This document shows positions 52,801 through 64,000 of a DNA stretch of 64,000 bases, in pieces; position 1 is the first letter of the stretch, and each line of letters opens with the position of its first letter. Made by a program: the position numbers and the translations under genes. Origin of the DNA: Balanoglossus misakiensis (lineage: Eukaryota; Animalia; Hemichordata). The DNA lies in assembly GCA_040954595.2 (NCBI GenBank), contig CM082584.2:668281-732280 (forward strand). The letters are read 5' to 3'. The notes beneath the pieces are model-generated. The model made no database searches, was not told the origin of the DNA, and saw only the letters and a program-made list of their open reading frames with translations.

Positions 52801-55800
52801 ACCATTTTTGTCAAAATATGGCCAAAATGGCTATTTTTCTTGAATTCCGTCAATATCTCTGCATTTTTGGAGTGGTCGAGAGTTTTAACATACAATCAAC
52901 ATGTCATATATGATCAGGGCACCAAATTCGAAGAACAAAGGTTTTTTTATTTTTTTTTCTAAAAATGACATTTTCAAGGAAAATTTGGTAAAACGCAATT
53001 TTGTCTGCAGTGAGCCAAATTAGACGGTCTTTTGTGGAATTTGTATCGATATATACATACGAAGAGCATTCTATACTCCATCAGATTTCCGAAAATGTAG
53101 AAAACAGGTATTTTTTGTAATTTTCAAAAATTTACCATTTTGACAAATTGTGGCTAAAATTGTTATTTTCGTGATGAATGCCGCCAGTGTCACTGCTTTT
53201 AAATGTCATAAAAACGTTTAACATACAAGCAATTGTTTATATATGATCAGGTCACCGAATTAAAAATATAAAGAATGTTTTGCCTAAAAATGACCTTTTT
53301 GGTGCAAAAACGAATAAAACGCAATCTTGTATTAAATCAGTTCATTCAGAGTGCATGTTTTATAATAAGCACCATTTTTACATATAATGGAAATTTCATA
53401 CATCATCAGATATCCAAAAATGAAAAAATGATTTAGATTTTAGATGATTGTCCAAAATTAGCTGATATCTAATAAATGTAGTATTGAACCGTTCTGTCCC
53501 CCCCCCCCTTACATTATATGCGGTACGCCGATGTCAGCTTACCCGGCAGTACTGTAGGCCGTGCCCCCAACAAACGTCGGTGTTTGAAACGCCCTGGTTA
53601 AATTCGGGCTCTCTCTATAAATCGACAGGCAATAATGCAGTCCTACCGGAACAAATGTCGAGTGTTGACCCGCTGCGACTTTCCCTCTTCGGTTTGCCCA
53701 ACTTAGCCAACGTCTTTGTACTAGAGTGTTGGGTCTTTTGCAGAGCCAGGCCGAAGGAAATCCGACTTGATCACCGTTGCTAACGAACGCTAGTGTCTGT
53801 CATGGTGTGCCGGGGTTTTAGTCGAGCCAGGCCGTAGGAGATCTGACTTGATCATCGTGGTCAATGTACGCGTGTTTCCGCTCTAAAGTGCCGGGGCTTC
53901 AGCTAAACCAGGCCGTAGGAAATCCGACGTAATCACCGTTGATAACTTACGCCAGTCTGTGTCATATAGAGCCGGTGCACCAGCCGAGTCACGCCGTAGG
54001 AAATCTGACTTGATCAACGTGGTCAATGTACGCCTGTTTCTGCTCTAGAGTGCCGGGGCTTCAGCTGAGCCAGGCCGTAGGAAACCCGACGTGATTACCG
54101 TTGTTAACTTACGCCAGTCTGTGTCCTATATATAGTGCCGGGGCATCAGCCGTGCCAGGCCGAAGGAAATGTGAGTAGATCAACGTGGTCTCTGTACGCG
54201 TGTTTCTGCTCTAGAGTGCCAGGGCTTTAGCCAAGCCATGCCGTAGGAAATCTGACTTGATCAACGTTGCTAACGAACGTTAGTGTCTGTCATAGTGTGC
54301 CGGGGTTTTAGTCGAGCCAAGCCGTAGGAGATCAGACTACATCAACGTGGTCTCTGTACGCGTGTTTCTGCTCTAGAGTGCCGGGGCTTTATCCAAGCCA
54401 TGCCGTAGAAAATCTGACTTGATCACCGTTGCTGACGTACGATAGTGTCTGTCATATTGTGACGGAGATTTAGCCGAGCCAGGCCGTAGAAAAATCGACT
54501 TGTTCAACGTTACCAGTGTGCAACTGTTTCTGCTCTAAAGTCTCAGGGTTTTAGCCGACTTATGCTGTAGGAAATCTGAGTTGATGAACGGGAATTCAAT
54601 GTTAGAAAACCCGTGTGGAAAGTATCTCTACCCGTTTGAAACTAAGAAAAGAATTTATTCTTATTTTTTTTCTAAAAATGACATTTTCAAGGAAAATTTG
54701 GTAAAACGCAATTTTGTCTGCAGTGAGCCAAATTAGACGGTCTTTTGTGGAATTTGTATCGATATATACATACAAAGAGCATTCTATACTCCATCAGATT
54801 TCCGAAAATGTAGAAAACATGTATTTTTTGTAATTTTCAAAAATTTACCATTTTGACCAAATTGTGGCTAAAATTGTTATTTTCGTGTTGAATGCCGCCA
54901 GTGTCACTGCTTTTAAAAGTCATAAAAATTTTCAACATACAACCAATTGTTTATATATGATCAGGTCACCGAATTAAAAAAATAAAGAATGTTTTGCCTA
55001 AAAATGACCTTTTTGGTGCAAAAACGAATAAAACGCAATTTTGTATTAAATCAGCTCATTCAGAGTGCATTTTTTATAATCAGCACCATTTTTACATATA
55101 ATGGAAATTTCATACATCATCAGATATCCAAATATGAAAAAATGATTTAGATTTTAGATGATTGTCCAAAATTAGCTGATATTTAATAAATGTAGTATTG
55201 AACCGTTCTGTCCCCCCCCCTACATTATATGCGGTACGCCGATGTCACCTTACCCGGCAGTACTGCAGGCTGTGCCCCCAACTAACGTCGGTGTTTGAAG
55301 CGCCCTGGTTAAATTCGGGCTTTCTCTATAAATTAACAGGCAATAATGCAGTCCTACCCGAACAAATGTCGAGTGTTGACCCGCTGTGACTTTCCCTCTT
55401 CGGTTTGCCCGACTTAGCCAACGTCTTTGTACTAGAGGGTCGGGTCTTTTGCCGAGCCAGGCCGAAGGAAATCCGACTTGATCACCGTTGCTAACGAACG
55501 CTAGTGTCTGTCATGGTGTGCCGGGGTTTTAGTCGAACCAGGCCGTAGGAAATCTGACTTGATCAACGTGGTCAATGTACGCCTGTTTCTGCTCTAGAGT
55601 GCCGGGGCTTCAGCTGATCCAGGCCGTAGGAAACCCGACGTGATTACCGTTGTTAACTTACGCCAGTCTGTGTCCTATATATAGTGCGGGGCATCAGCCG
55701 TGCCAGGCCTAAGGAAATGTGAGTAGATCAATGTGGTCTCTGTACGCGTGTTTCTGCTCTAGAATGCCAGGGCTTTAGCCAAGCCATGCCGTAGGAAATC

Positions 55801-58800
55801 TGACTTGATCAACGTTGCTAACGAACGCTAGTGTCTGTCATAGTGTGCCGGGGTTTTAGTCGAGCCAAGCCGTAGGAGATCTGACTTGATCATCGTGGTC
55901 AATGTACGCGTGTTTCCGCTCTAAAGTGCCGGGGCTTGAGCTAAACCAGGCCGTAGGAAATCCGACGTAATCACCGTTGATAACTTACGCCAGTCTGTGT
56001 CATATAGAGCCGGTGCACCAGCGGAGTCACGCCGTAGGACATCTGACTTGATCAACGTGGTCAATGTACGCCTGTTTCTGCTCTAGAGTGCCGGGGCTTC
56101 AGCTGAGCCAGGCCGTAGGAAACCCGACGTGATTACCGTTGTTAACTTACGCCAGTCTGTGTCCTCTATATAGTGCCGGGGCATCAGCTGTGCCAGGCCG
56201 AAGGAAATGGGAGTAGATCAACGTGGTCTCTGTACGCGTGTTTCTGCTCTAGAGTGCCAGGGCTTTAGCCAAGCCATGCCATAGGAAATCTGACTTGATC
56301 AACGTTGCTAACGAACGCTAGTGTCTGTCATAGTGTGCCGGGGTTTTAGTCGAACCAAGCCCTAGGAGATCAGACTTGATCAACGTGGTCTCTGTACGCG
56401 TGTTTCTGCTCTAGAGTGCCGGGGCTTTATCCCAGCCATGCCGTAGAAAATCTGACTTGATCACCGTTGCTAACGTGCGCTAGTGTCTGTCATATTGTGA
56501 CGGAGATTTAGCCGAGCCAGGCCGTAGAAAAATCGACTTGTTCAACGTTACCAGTGTGCAACTGTTTCTGCTCTAGAGTGTCAGGGTTTTAGCCGACTTA
56601 TGCTGTAGGAAATCTGAGTTGATGAATTGGAATTCAATGTTAAAAAACCTGTGTGGAAAGTGTCTCTACCCTTTTGAAACTAAGAAAATAATTTATTCTT
56701 ATTTATTTTGTAAAAATCACAATTTTTCGAAAAAAAGTCGAAAATGGTAATTTTGTCATGGGTGATTCAAATTATACCGCCTTTTCTGGAATTTGCAGCA
56801 CTTTTTACAAGAGAACGACACTTCATGCTCCATAATATTTCCGAAAATGAAGAAAAGAGTTAATTTTTTATGATTTTTTAAAAATCTACCATTTTTGTCA
56901 AAATATGGCCAAAATGGCTATTTTTTCTTGAATTCCGTCAATATCTCTGCATTTTTGGAGTGGTCGAAAGTTTTAACATACAATCAACATGTCATATATG
57001 ATCAGGGCACCAAATTCGAAGAACAAAGGTTTTTTTTTATTTTTTTTTCTAAAAATGACATTTTCAAGGAAAATTTGGTAAAACGCAATTTTGTCTGCAG
57101 TGAGCCAAATTGGCCGTTTTTTTTGTGGAATTTGTATCGATATATGTATACGAAGAGCATTCTATACTCCATCAGATTTCCGAAAATGTAGAAAACAGGT
57201 ATTTTTTGTAATTTTCAAAAATTTACCATTTTGACCGAATTGTGGCTAAAATTGTTATTTTCGTGTTGAATGCCGCCAGTGTCACTGCTTTTAAAAGTCA
57301 TTAAAACTTTTAACACACAAGCAATTGTTTATATATGATCAGGTCACCGAATTAAAAAAATAAAGAATGTTTTGCCTAAAAATGACCTTTTTGGTGCAAA
57401 AACGAATAAATCGCAATTTCTTATTAAATCAGCTCATTCAGAGTGCATTTTTTATAATCAGCACCATTTTTACATATAATGGAAATTTCATACATCATCA
57501 GATATCCAAATATGAAAAAATGATTTAGATTTTAGATGATTGTCCAAAAGTAGCTGATACCTAATAAATGTAGTATTGAACCGTTCTGTCCCCCCCCCCC
57601 CCCTACATTACATGCGGTACGCCGATGTCAGCTTACCCGGCAGTACTGTAGGCCGTGCCCCCAACAAACGTCGGTGTTTGAAACGCCCTGGTTAAATTCG
57701 GGCTCTCTCTATAAATCGACAGGCAATAATGCAGTCCTACCGGAACAAATGTCAAGTGTTGAACCGCTGTGACTTTCCCTGTTCGGTTTGCCCGACTTAG
57801 CCAACGTCTTTGTACTAGAGTGACGGGTCTTTTGCAGAGCCAGGCCGAAGGAAATCCGACTTGATCACCGTTGCTAACGAACGCTAGTGTCTGTCATGGT
57901 GTGCCGGGGTTTTAGTCGAGCCAGGCCGTAGGAGATCTGACTTGATCATCGTGGTCAATGTACGCGTGTTTCCGCTCTAAAGTGCCGGGGTTTCAGCTAA
58001 ACCAGGCCGTAGGAAATCCGACGTAATCACCGTTGATAACTTACGCCAGTCTGTGTCATATAGAGCCGGTGCACCAGCCGAGTCACGCCGTAGGAAATCT
58101 GACTTGATCAACGTGGTCAATGTACGCCTGTTTCTGCTCTAGAGTGCCGGGGCTTCAGCTGAGCCAGGCCGTAGGAAACCCGACGTGATTACCGTTGTTA
58201 ACTTACGCCAGTCTGTGTCCTATATATAGTGCCGGGGCATCAGCCGTGCCAGGCCGAAGGAAATGTGAGAAGATCAACGTGGTCTCTGTACGCGTGTTTC
58301 TGCTCTAGAGTGCCAGGGCTTTAGCTAAGCCATGCCGTAGGAAATCTGACTTGATCAAAGTTGCTAAAGAACGCTAGTGTCTGTCATAGTGTGCCGGGGT
58401 TTTAGTCGAGCCAAGCCGTAGGAGATCAGACTTGATCAACGTGGTCTCTGTACGCGTGTTTCTGCTCTAGAGTGCCGGGGCTTTATCCAAGCCATGCCGT
58501 AGAAAATCTGACTTGATCACCGTTGCTAACGTACGCTAGTGTCTGTCATATTGTGACGGAGATTTAGCCTAGCCAGGTCGTAGAAAAATCGACTTGTTCA
58601 ACGTTACCAGTGTGCAACTGTTTCTGCTCTAGAGTGTCAGGGTTTTAGCCGACTTATGCTGTAGGAAATCTGAGTTGATGAACGGGAATTCAATGTTAGA
58701 AAACCCGTGTGGAAAGTATCTCTACCCGTTTGAAACTATGAAAAGAATTTATTCTTATTTATTTTGTAAAAAAAGACAATTTTTCGAAAAAAAGTTGAAA

Positions 58801-61800
58801 ATGGTAATTTTGTCTTGGGTGATTCAAATTATACCGCCTTTTCTGCAATTTGCAGCACTTTTTGCAAGAGAACGACACTTCATGCTCCATAATATTTCCG
58901 AAAATGAAGAAAAGAGTTAATTTTTTATGATTTTTCAAAAATTTACCATTTTTGTCAAAATATGGCCAAAATGGCTATTTTTCTTGAATTCCGTCAATAT
59001 CTCTGCATTTTTGGAGTGGTCGAGAGTTTTAACATACAATCAACATGTCATATATGATCAGGGCACCAAATTCGAAGAACAAAGGTTTTTTTATTTTTTT
59101 TTCTAAAAATGACATTTTCAAGCAAAATTTGGTAAAACGCAATTTTGTCTGCAGTGAGCCAAATTAGACGGTCTTTTGTGGAATTTGTATCGATATATAC
59201 ATACGAAGAGCATTCTATACTCCATCAGATTTCCGAAAATGTAGAAAACAGGTATTTTTTGTAATTTTCAAAAAATTACCATTTTGACCAAATTGTGGCT
59301 AAAATTGTTATTTTCGTGATGAATGCCGCCAGTGTCACTGCTTTTAAAAGTCATAAAAACTTTTAACATACAAGCAATTGTTTATATATGATCAGGTCAC
59401 CGAATTAAAAATATAAAGAATGTTTTGCCTAAAAATGACCTTTTTGGTGCAAAAACGAATAAAACGCAATCTTGTATTAAATCAGTTCATTCAGAGTGCA
59501 TGTTTTATAATAAGCACCATTTTTACATATAATGGAAATTTCATATATCATCAGATATCCAAATATGAAAAAATGATTTAGATTTTAGATGATTGTCCAA
59601 AATTAGCTGATATCTAATAAATGTAGTATTGAACCGTTCTGTCCCCCCCCCCCCCCCTTACATTATATGCGGTACGCCGATGTCAGCTTACCCGGCAGTA
59701 CTGCAGGCCGTGCCCCCAACTAACGTCGGTGTTTGGAACGCCCTGGTTAAATTCGGGCTTTCTCTATAAATTGACAAGCAATAATGCAGTCCTACCCGAA
59801 CAAATGTCGAGTGTTGACCCGCTGTGACTTTCCCTCTTCGGTTTGCCCGACTTAGCCAACGTCTTTGTACTAGAGTGTCGGGTCTTTTGCAGAGCCACGC
59901 CGAAGGAAATCCGACTTGATCACCGTTGCTAACGAACGCTAGTGTCTGTCATGGTGTGCCGGGGTTTTAGTCGAGCCAGGCCGTAGGAGATCTGACTTGA
60001 TCATCGTGGTCAATGTACGCGTGTTTCCGCTCTAAAGTGCCGGGGCTTTAGCTAAACCAGGCCGTAGGAAATCCGACGTAATCACCGTTGATAACTCACG
60101 CCAGTCTGTGTCATATAGAGCCGGGGCACCAGCCGAGTCACGCCGTAGGAAATCTGACTTGATCAACGTGGTCAATGTACGCCTGTTTCTGCTCTAGAGT
60201 GCCGGGGCTTCAGCTGAGCCAGGCCGTAGGAAACCCGACGTGATTACCGTTGTTAACTTACGCCAGTCTGTGTCCTATATATAGTGCCGGGGCATCAGCC
60301 GTGCCAGGCCGAAGGAAATGTGAGTAGATCAACGTGGTCTCTGTACGCGTGTTTCTGCTCTAGAGTGTCAGGGCTTTAGCAAAGCCATGCCGTAGGAAAT
60401 CTGACTTGATCAACGTTGTTAACGAACGCTAGTGTCTGTCATAGTGTGCCGGGGTTTTAGTCGAGCCAAGCCGTAGGAGATCAGACTTGATCAACGTGGT
60501 CTCTGTACGCGTGTTTCTGCTCTAGAGTGCCGGGGCTTTATCCAACCCATGCCGTTGAAAATCTGACTTGATCACCGTTGCTAACGTACGCTAGTGTCTG
60601 TCATATTGTGACGAGATTTAGCCGAGCCAGGCCGTAGAAAAATCGACTTGTTCAACGTTATCAGTGTGCAACTGTTTCTGCTCTAGAGTGTCAGGGTTTT
60701 AGCCGACTTATGCTGTAGGAAATCTGAGTTGATGAACGGGAATTCAATGTTAGAAAACCCGTGTGGAAAGTATCTCTACCCGTTTGAAACTAAGAAAAGA
60801 ATTTATTCTTGTTTATTTTTTAAAAAAGACAATTTTTCGAAAACAAGTCGAAAATGGTAATTTTGTCTTGGGTGATTCAAATTATACCACATTTTCTGGA
60901 ATTTGCAGCACTTTTTACAAGAGAACGACACTTCATGCTCCATAATATTTCCGAAAATGAAGAAAAGAGTTTATTTTTTATGATTTTTTAAAAATGTACC
61001 ATTTTGTCAAAATATGGCCAAAATGGCTATTTTTTCTTGAATTCCGTCAATATCTCTGCATTTTTGGAGTGGTCGAAAGTTTTAACATACAATCAACATG
61101 TCATATATGATCAGGGCACCAAATTCGAAGAACGAAGGTTTTTTTATTTTATTTTTCTAAAAATGACATTTTCAAGAAAAATTTGGTAAAACGCAATTTT
61201 GTCTGCAGTGAGCCAAATTAGACGGTCTTTTGTGGAATTTGTATCGATATATATATACGAAGAGCATTCTATACTCCATCAGATTTCCGAAAATGTAGAA
61301 ACAGGTATTTTTTGTAATTTTCAAAAATTTACCATTTTGACCAAATTGTGGTTAAAATTGTTATTTTCGTGTTGAATGCCGCCAGTGTCACTGCTTTTAA
61401 AAGTCATAAAAACTTTTAACATGCAAGCAATTGCTTATATATGATCAGGCAACCGAATTAAAAAAATAAAGAATGTTTTGCCTAAAAATGACCTTTTTGG
61501 TGCAAAAACGAATAAAACGCAATTTTGTATTAAATCAGCTCATTCAGAGTGCATTTTTTATAATCAGCACCATTTAAACATATATTGGAAATTTCATACA
61601 TCATCAGATATCCAAATATGAAAAAATGATTAAGATTTTAGATGATTGTCCAAAATTAGCTGATATCTAATAAATGTAGTATTGAACCGTTCTGTCCCCC
61701 CCCCCCTTACATTATATGCGGTACGCCGATGTCAGCTTACCCGGCAGTACTGCAGGCCGTGCCCCCAAATAACGTCGGTGTTTGAAACGCCCTGGTTAAA

Positions 61801-64000
61801 TTCGGGCTTTCTCTATAAATTGACAGGCAATAATGCAGTCCTACCCGAACAAATGTCGAGTGTTGACCCGCTGTGACTTTCCCTCTTCGGTTTGCCCGAC
61901 TTAGCCAACGTCTTTGTACTAATGTGTCGGGTCTTTTGCAGAGCCAGGCCGAAGGAAATCCGACTTGATCACCGTTGCTAACGAACGCTAGTGTCTGTCA
62001 TGGTGTGCCGGGGTTTTAGTCGAGCCAGGCCGTAGGAGATCTTACTTGATCATCGTGGTCAATGTACGCGTGTTTCCGCTCTAAAGTGCCGGGGCTTCAG
62101 CTAAACCATGCCGTAGGAAATCCGACGTAATCACCGTTGATAACTTACGCCAGTCTGTGTCATATAGAGCCGGTGCACCAGCCGAGTCACGCCGTAGGAA
62201 ATCTTACTTGATCAACGTGGTCAATGTACGCCTGTTTCTGCTCTAGAGTGCCGGGGCTTCAGCTGAGCCAGGCCGTGGGAAACCCGACGTGATTACCGTT
62301 GTTAACTTACGCCAGTTTGTGTCCTATATATAGTGCCGGGGCATCAGCCGTGCCAGGCCGAAGGAAATGTGAGTAGATCAACGTGGTCTCTGTACGCGTG
62401 TTTCTGCTCTAGAGTGCCAGGGCTTTAGCCAAGCCATGCCGTAGGAAATCTGACTTGATCAACGTTGCTAACGAACGCTAATGTCTGTCATAGTGTGCCG
62501 GGGTTTTAGTCGAGCCAAGCCGTAGGAGATCAGACTTGATCAACGTGGTCTCTGTACGCGTGTTTCTGCTCTAGAGTGCCGGGGCTTTATCCAACCCATG
62601 CCGTAGAAAATCTGACTTGATCACCGTTGCTAACGTACGCTAGTGTCTGTCATATTGTGACGGAGATTTAGCCGAGCCAGGCCGTAGAAAAATCGACTTG
62701 TTCAACGTTACCAGTGTGCAACTGTTTCTGCTCTAGAGTGTCAGGGTTTTAGCCGACTTATGCTGTAGGAAATCTTAGTTGATGACGGGAATTTAATGTT
62801 AGAAAACCCGTGTGGAAAGTATCTCTACCCGTTTGAAACTAAGAAAAGAATTTATTCTTATTTATTTTGTAAAAAAGACAATTTTTCGAAAAAAAGTCGA
62901 AAAATTGCAATTTTGTCTTGGGTGATTCAAATTATACCGCCTTTTCTGGAATTTGCAGCACTTTTTACAAGAGAACGACACTTCATGCTCCATAATATTT
63001 CCGAAAATGAAGAAAAGAGTTTATTTTTTATGATTTTTTAAAAATGTACCATTTTGTCAAAATATGGCCAAAATGGCTATTTTTTCTTGAATTCCGTCAA
63101 TATCTCTGCATTTTTGGAGTGGTCGAAAGTTTTAACATACAATCAACATGTCATATATGATCAGGGCACCAAATTCGAAGAACGAAGGTTTTTTTATTTT
63201 ATTTTTCTAAAAATGACATTTTCAAGAAAAATTTGGTAAAACGCAATTTTGTCTGCAGTGAGCCAAATTAGACGGTCTTTTGTGGAATTTGTATCGATAT
63301 ATATATACGAAGAGCATTCTATACTCCATCAGATTTCCGAAAATGTAGAAAACAGGTATTTTTTGTAATTTTCAAAAATTTACCATTTTGACAAATTGTG
63401 GCTAAAATTGTTATTTTCGTGTTGAATGCCGCCAGTGTCACTGCTTTTAAAAGTCATAAAAACTTTTAACATGCAAGCAATTGCTTATATATGATCAGGC
63501 CACCGAATTAAAAAAATAAAGAATGTTTTGCCTAAAAATGACCTTTTTGGTGCAAAAACGAATAAAACGCAATTTTGTATTAAATCAGCTCATTCAGAGT
63601 GCATTTTTTATAATCAGCACAATTTTTACATATATTGGAAATTTCATACATCATCAGATATCCAAATATGAAAAAATGATTTAGATTTTAGATGATTGTC
63701 CAAAATTAGCTGATATCTAATAAATGTAGTATTGAACCGTTCTGTCCCCCCCCCCTACATTATATGCGGTACGCCGATGTCAGCTTACCCGGCAGTACTG
63801 CAGGCCGTGCCCCCAAATAACGTCGGTGTTTGAAACGCCCTGGTTAAATTCGGGCTTTCTCTATAAATTGACAGGCAATAATGCAGTCCTACCCGAACAA
63901 ATGTCGAGTGTTGACCCGCTGTGACTTTCCCTCTTCGGTTTGCCCGACTTAGCCAACGTCTTTGTACTAATGTGTCGGGTCTTTTGCAGAGCCAGGCCGA
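37815..64000 (-). repeat. Macrosatellite, inverted block (~14 units, runs off the window)
   Basis: Reverse complement of block 1. Poly-C landmarks at ~38491, 40542, 42106, 44307, 46359, 47567, 49120, 51447, 53497, 55212, 57590, 59643, 61696 and 63746. Confidence 0.97.
49989..50175 (+). mobile_element. Severely 5'-truncated L2/CR1-group LINE 3' end (187 bp)
   Basis: Encodes NIFKRNLKTYLFTRFYV*; stem-loop AATGCGCT..AGCGCATT at 50116-50144; (TAA)n tail; 6-bp TSD AACGCT at 49983-49988 and 50176-50181. Confidence 0.9.

Noticed and set aside
11980-63239. Recurrent 60-100-aa ORFs in the macrosatellite (MESISTRL.., MSKYGQNG.., MNRSVPPP.., MTTLIKSD..)
   Set aside because: Low complexity, mostly non-ATG starts, and frames broken by homopolymer length changes between units.
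11035-64000. Macrosatellite as an rDNA, 5S, snRNA or histone gene cluster
   Set aside because: No recognisable rRNA, snRNA, tRNA or histone sequence in the unit. An Rfam scan would be needed for full exclusion.

Overview
Eukaryotic, AT-rich, repeat-dominated DNA, most like a marine invertebrate genome (taxon not determinable from sequence). (1) 80-8164 (+): a spliced gene of at least 9 exons for a Sola-like/DUF7869-type DDD transposase-family protein, apparently disabled by a frameshift, an in-frame stop and an antisense L2/CR1-group LINE inserted inside an exon (3535-5940). (2) 8973-10746: a 39-bp minisatellite, 44 copies. (3) About 11035 to the window end: roughly 22 copies of a ~2.05-kb bipartite macrosatellite (81-bp GC-rich subrepeats, a unique segment with a poly-G tract, ~165-bp AT-rich subrepeats). 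The array switches orientation at ~37810, forming a giant imperfect inverted repeat. (4) Inserted in the array is a BEL/Pao LTR retrotransposon (24989-36517, minus strand, 3' LTR lost). Its single gag-pol ORF is split by a 4593-bp non-autonomous CACTG-ended DNA transposon (27341-31933, TA duplication) that carries its own tandem repeats. (5) A 187-bp LINE 3' end is inserted at 49989-50175. No prokaryotic features, CRISPR array or recognisable rRNA/tRNA gene was found. All family assignments rest on motif recognition by eye, not database searches.
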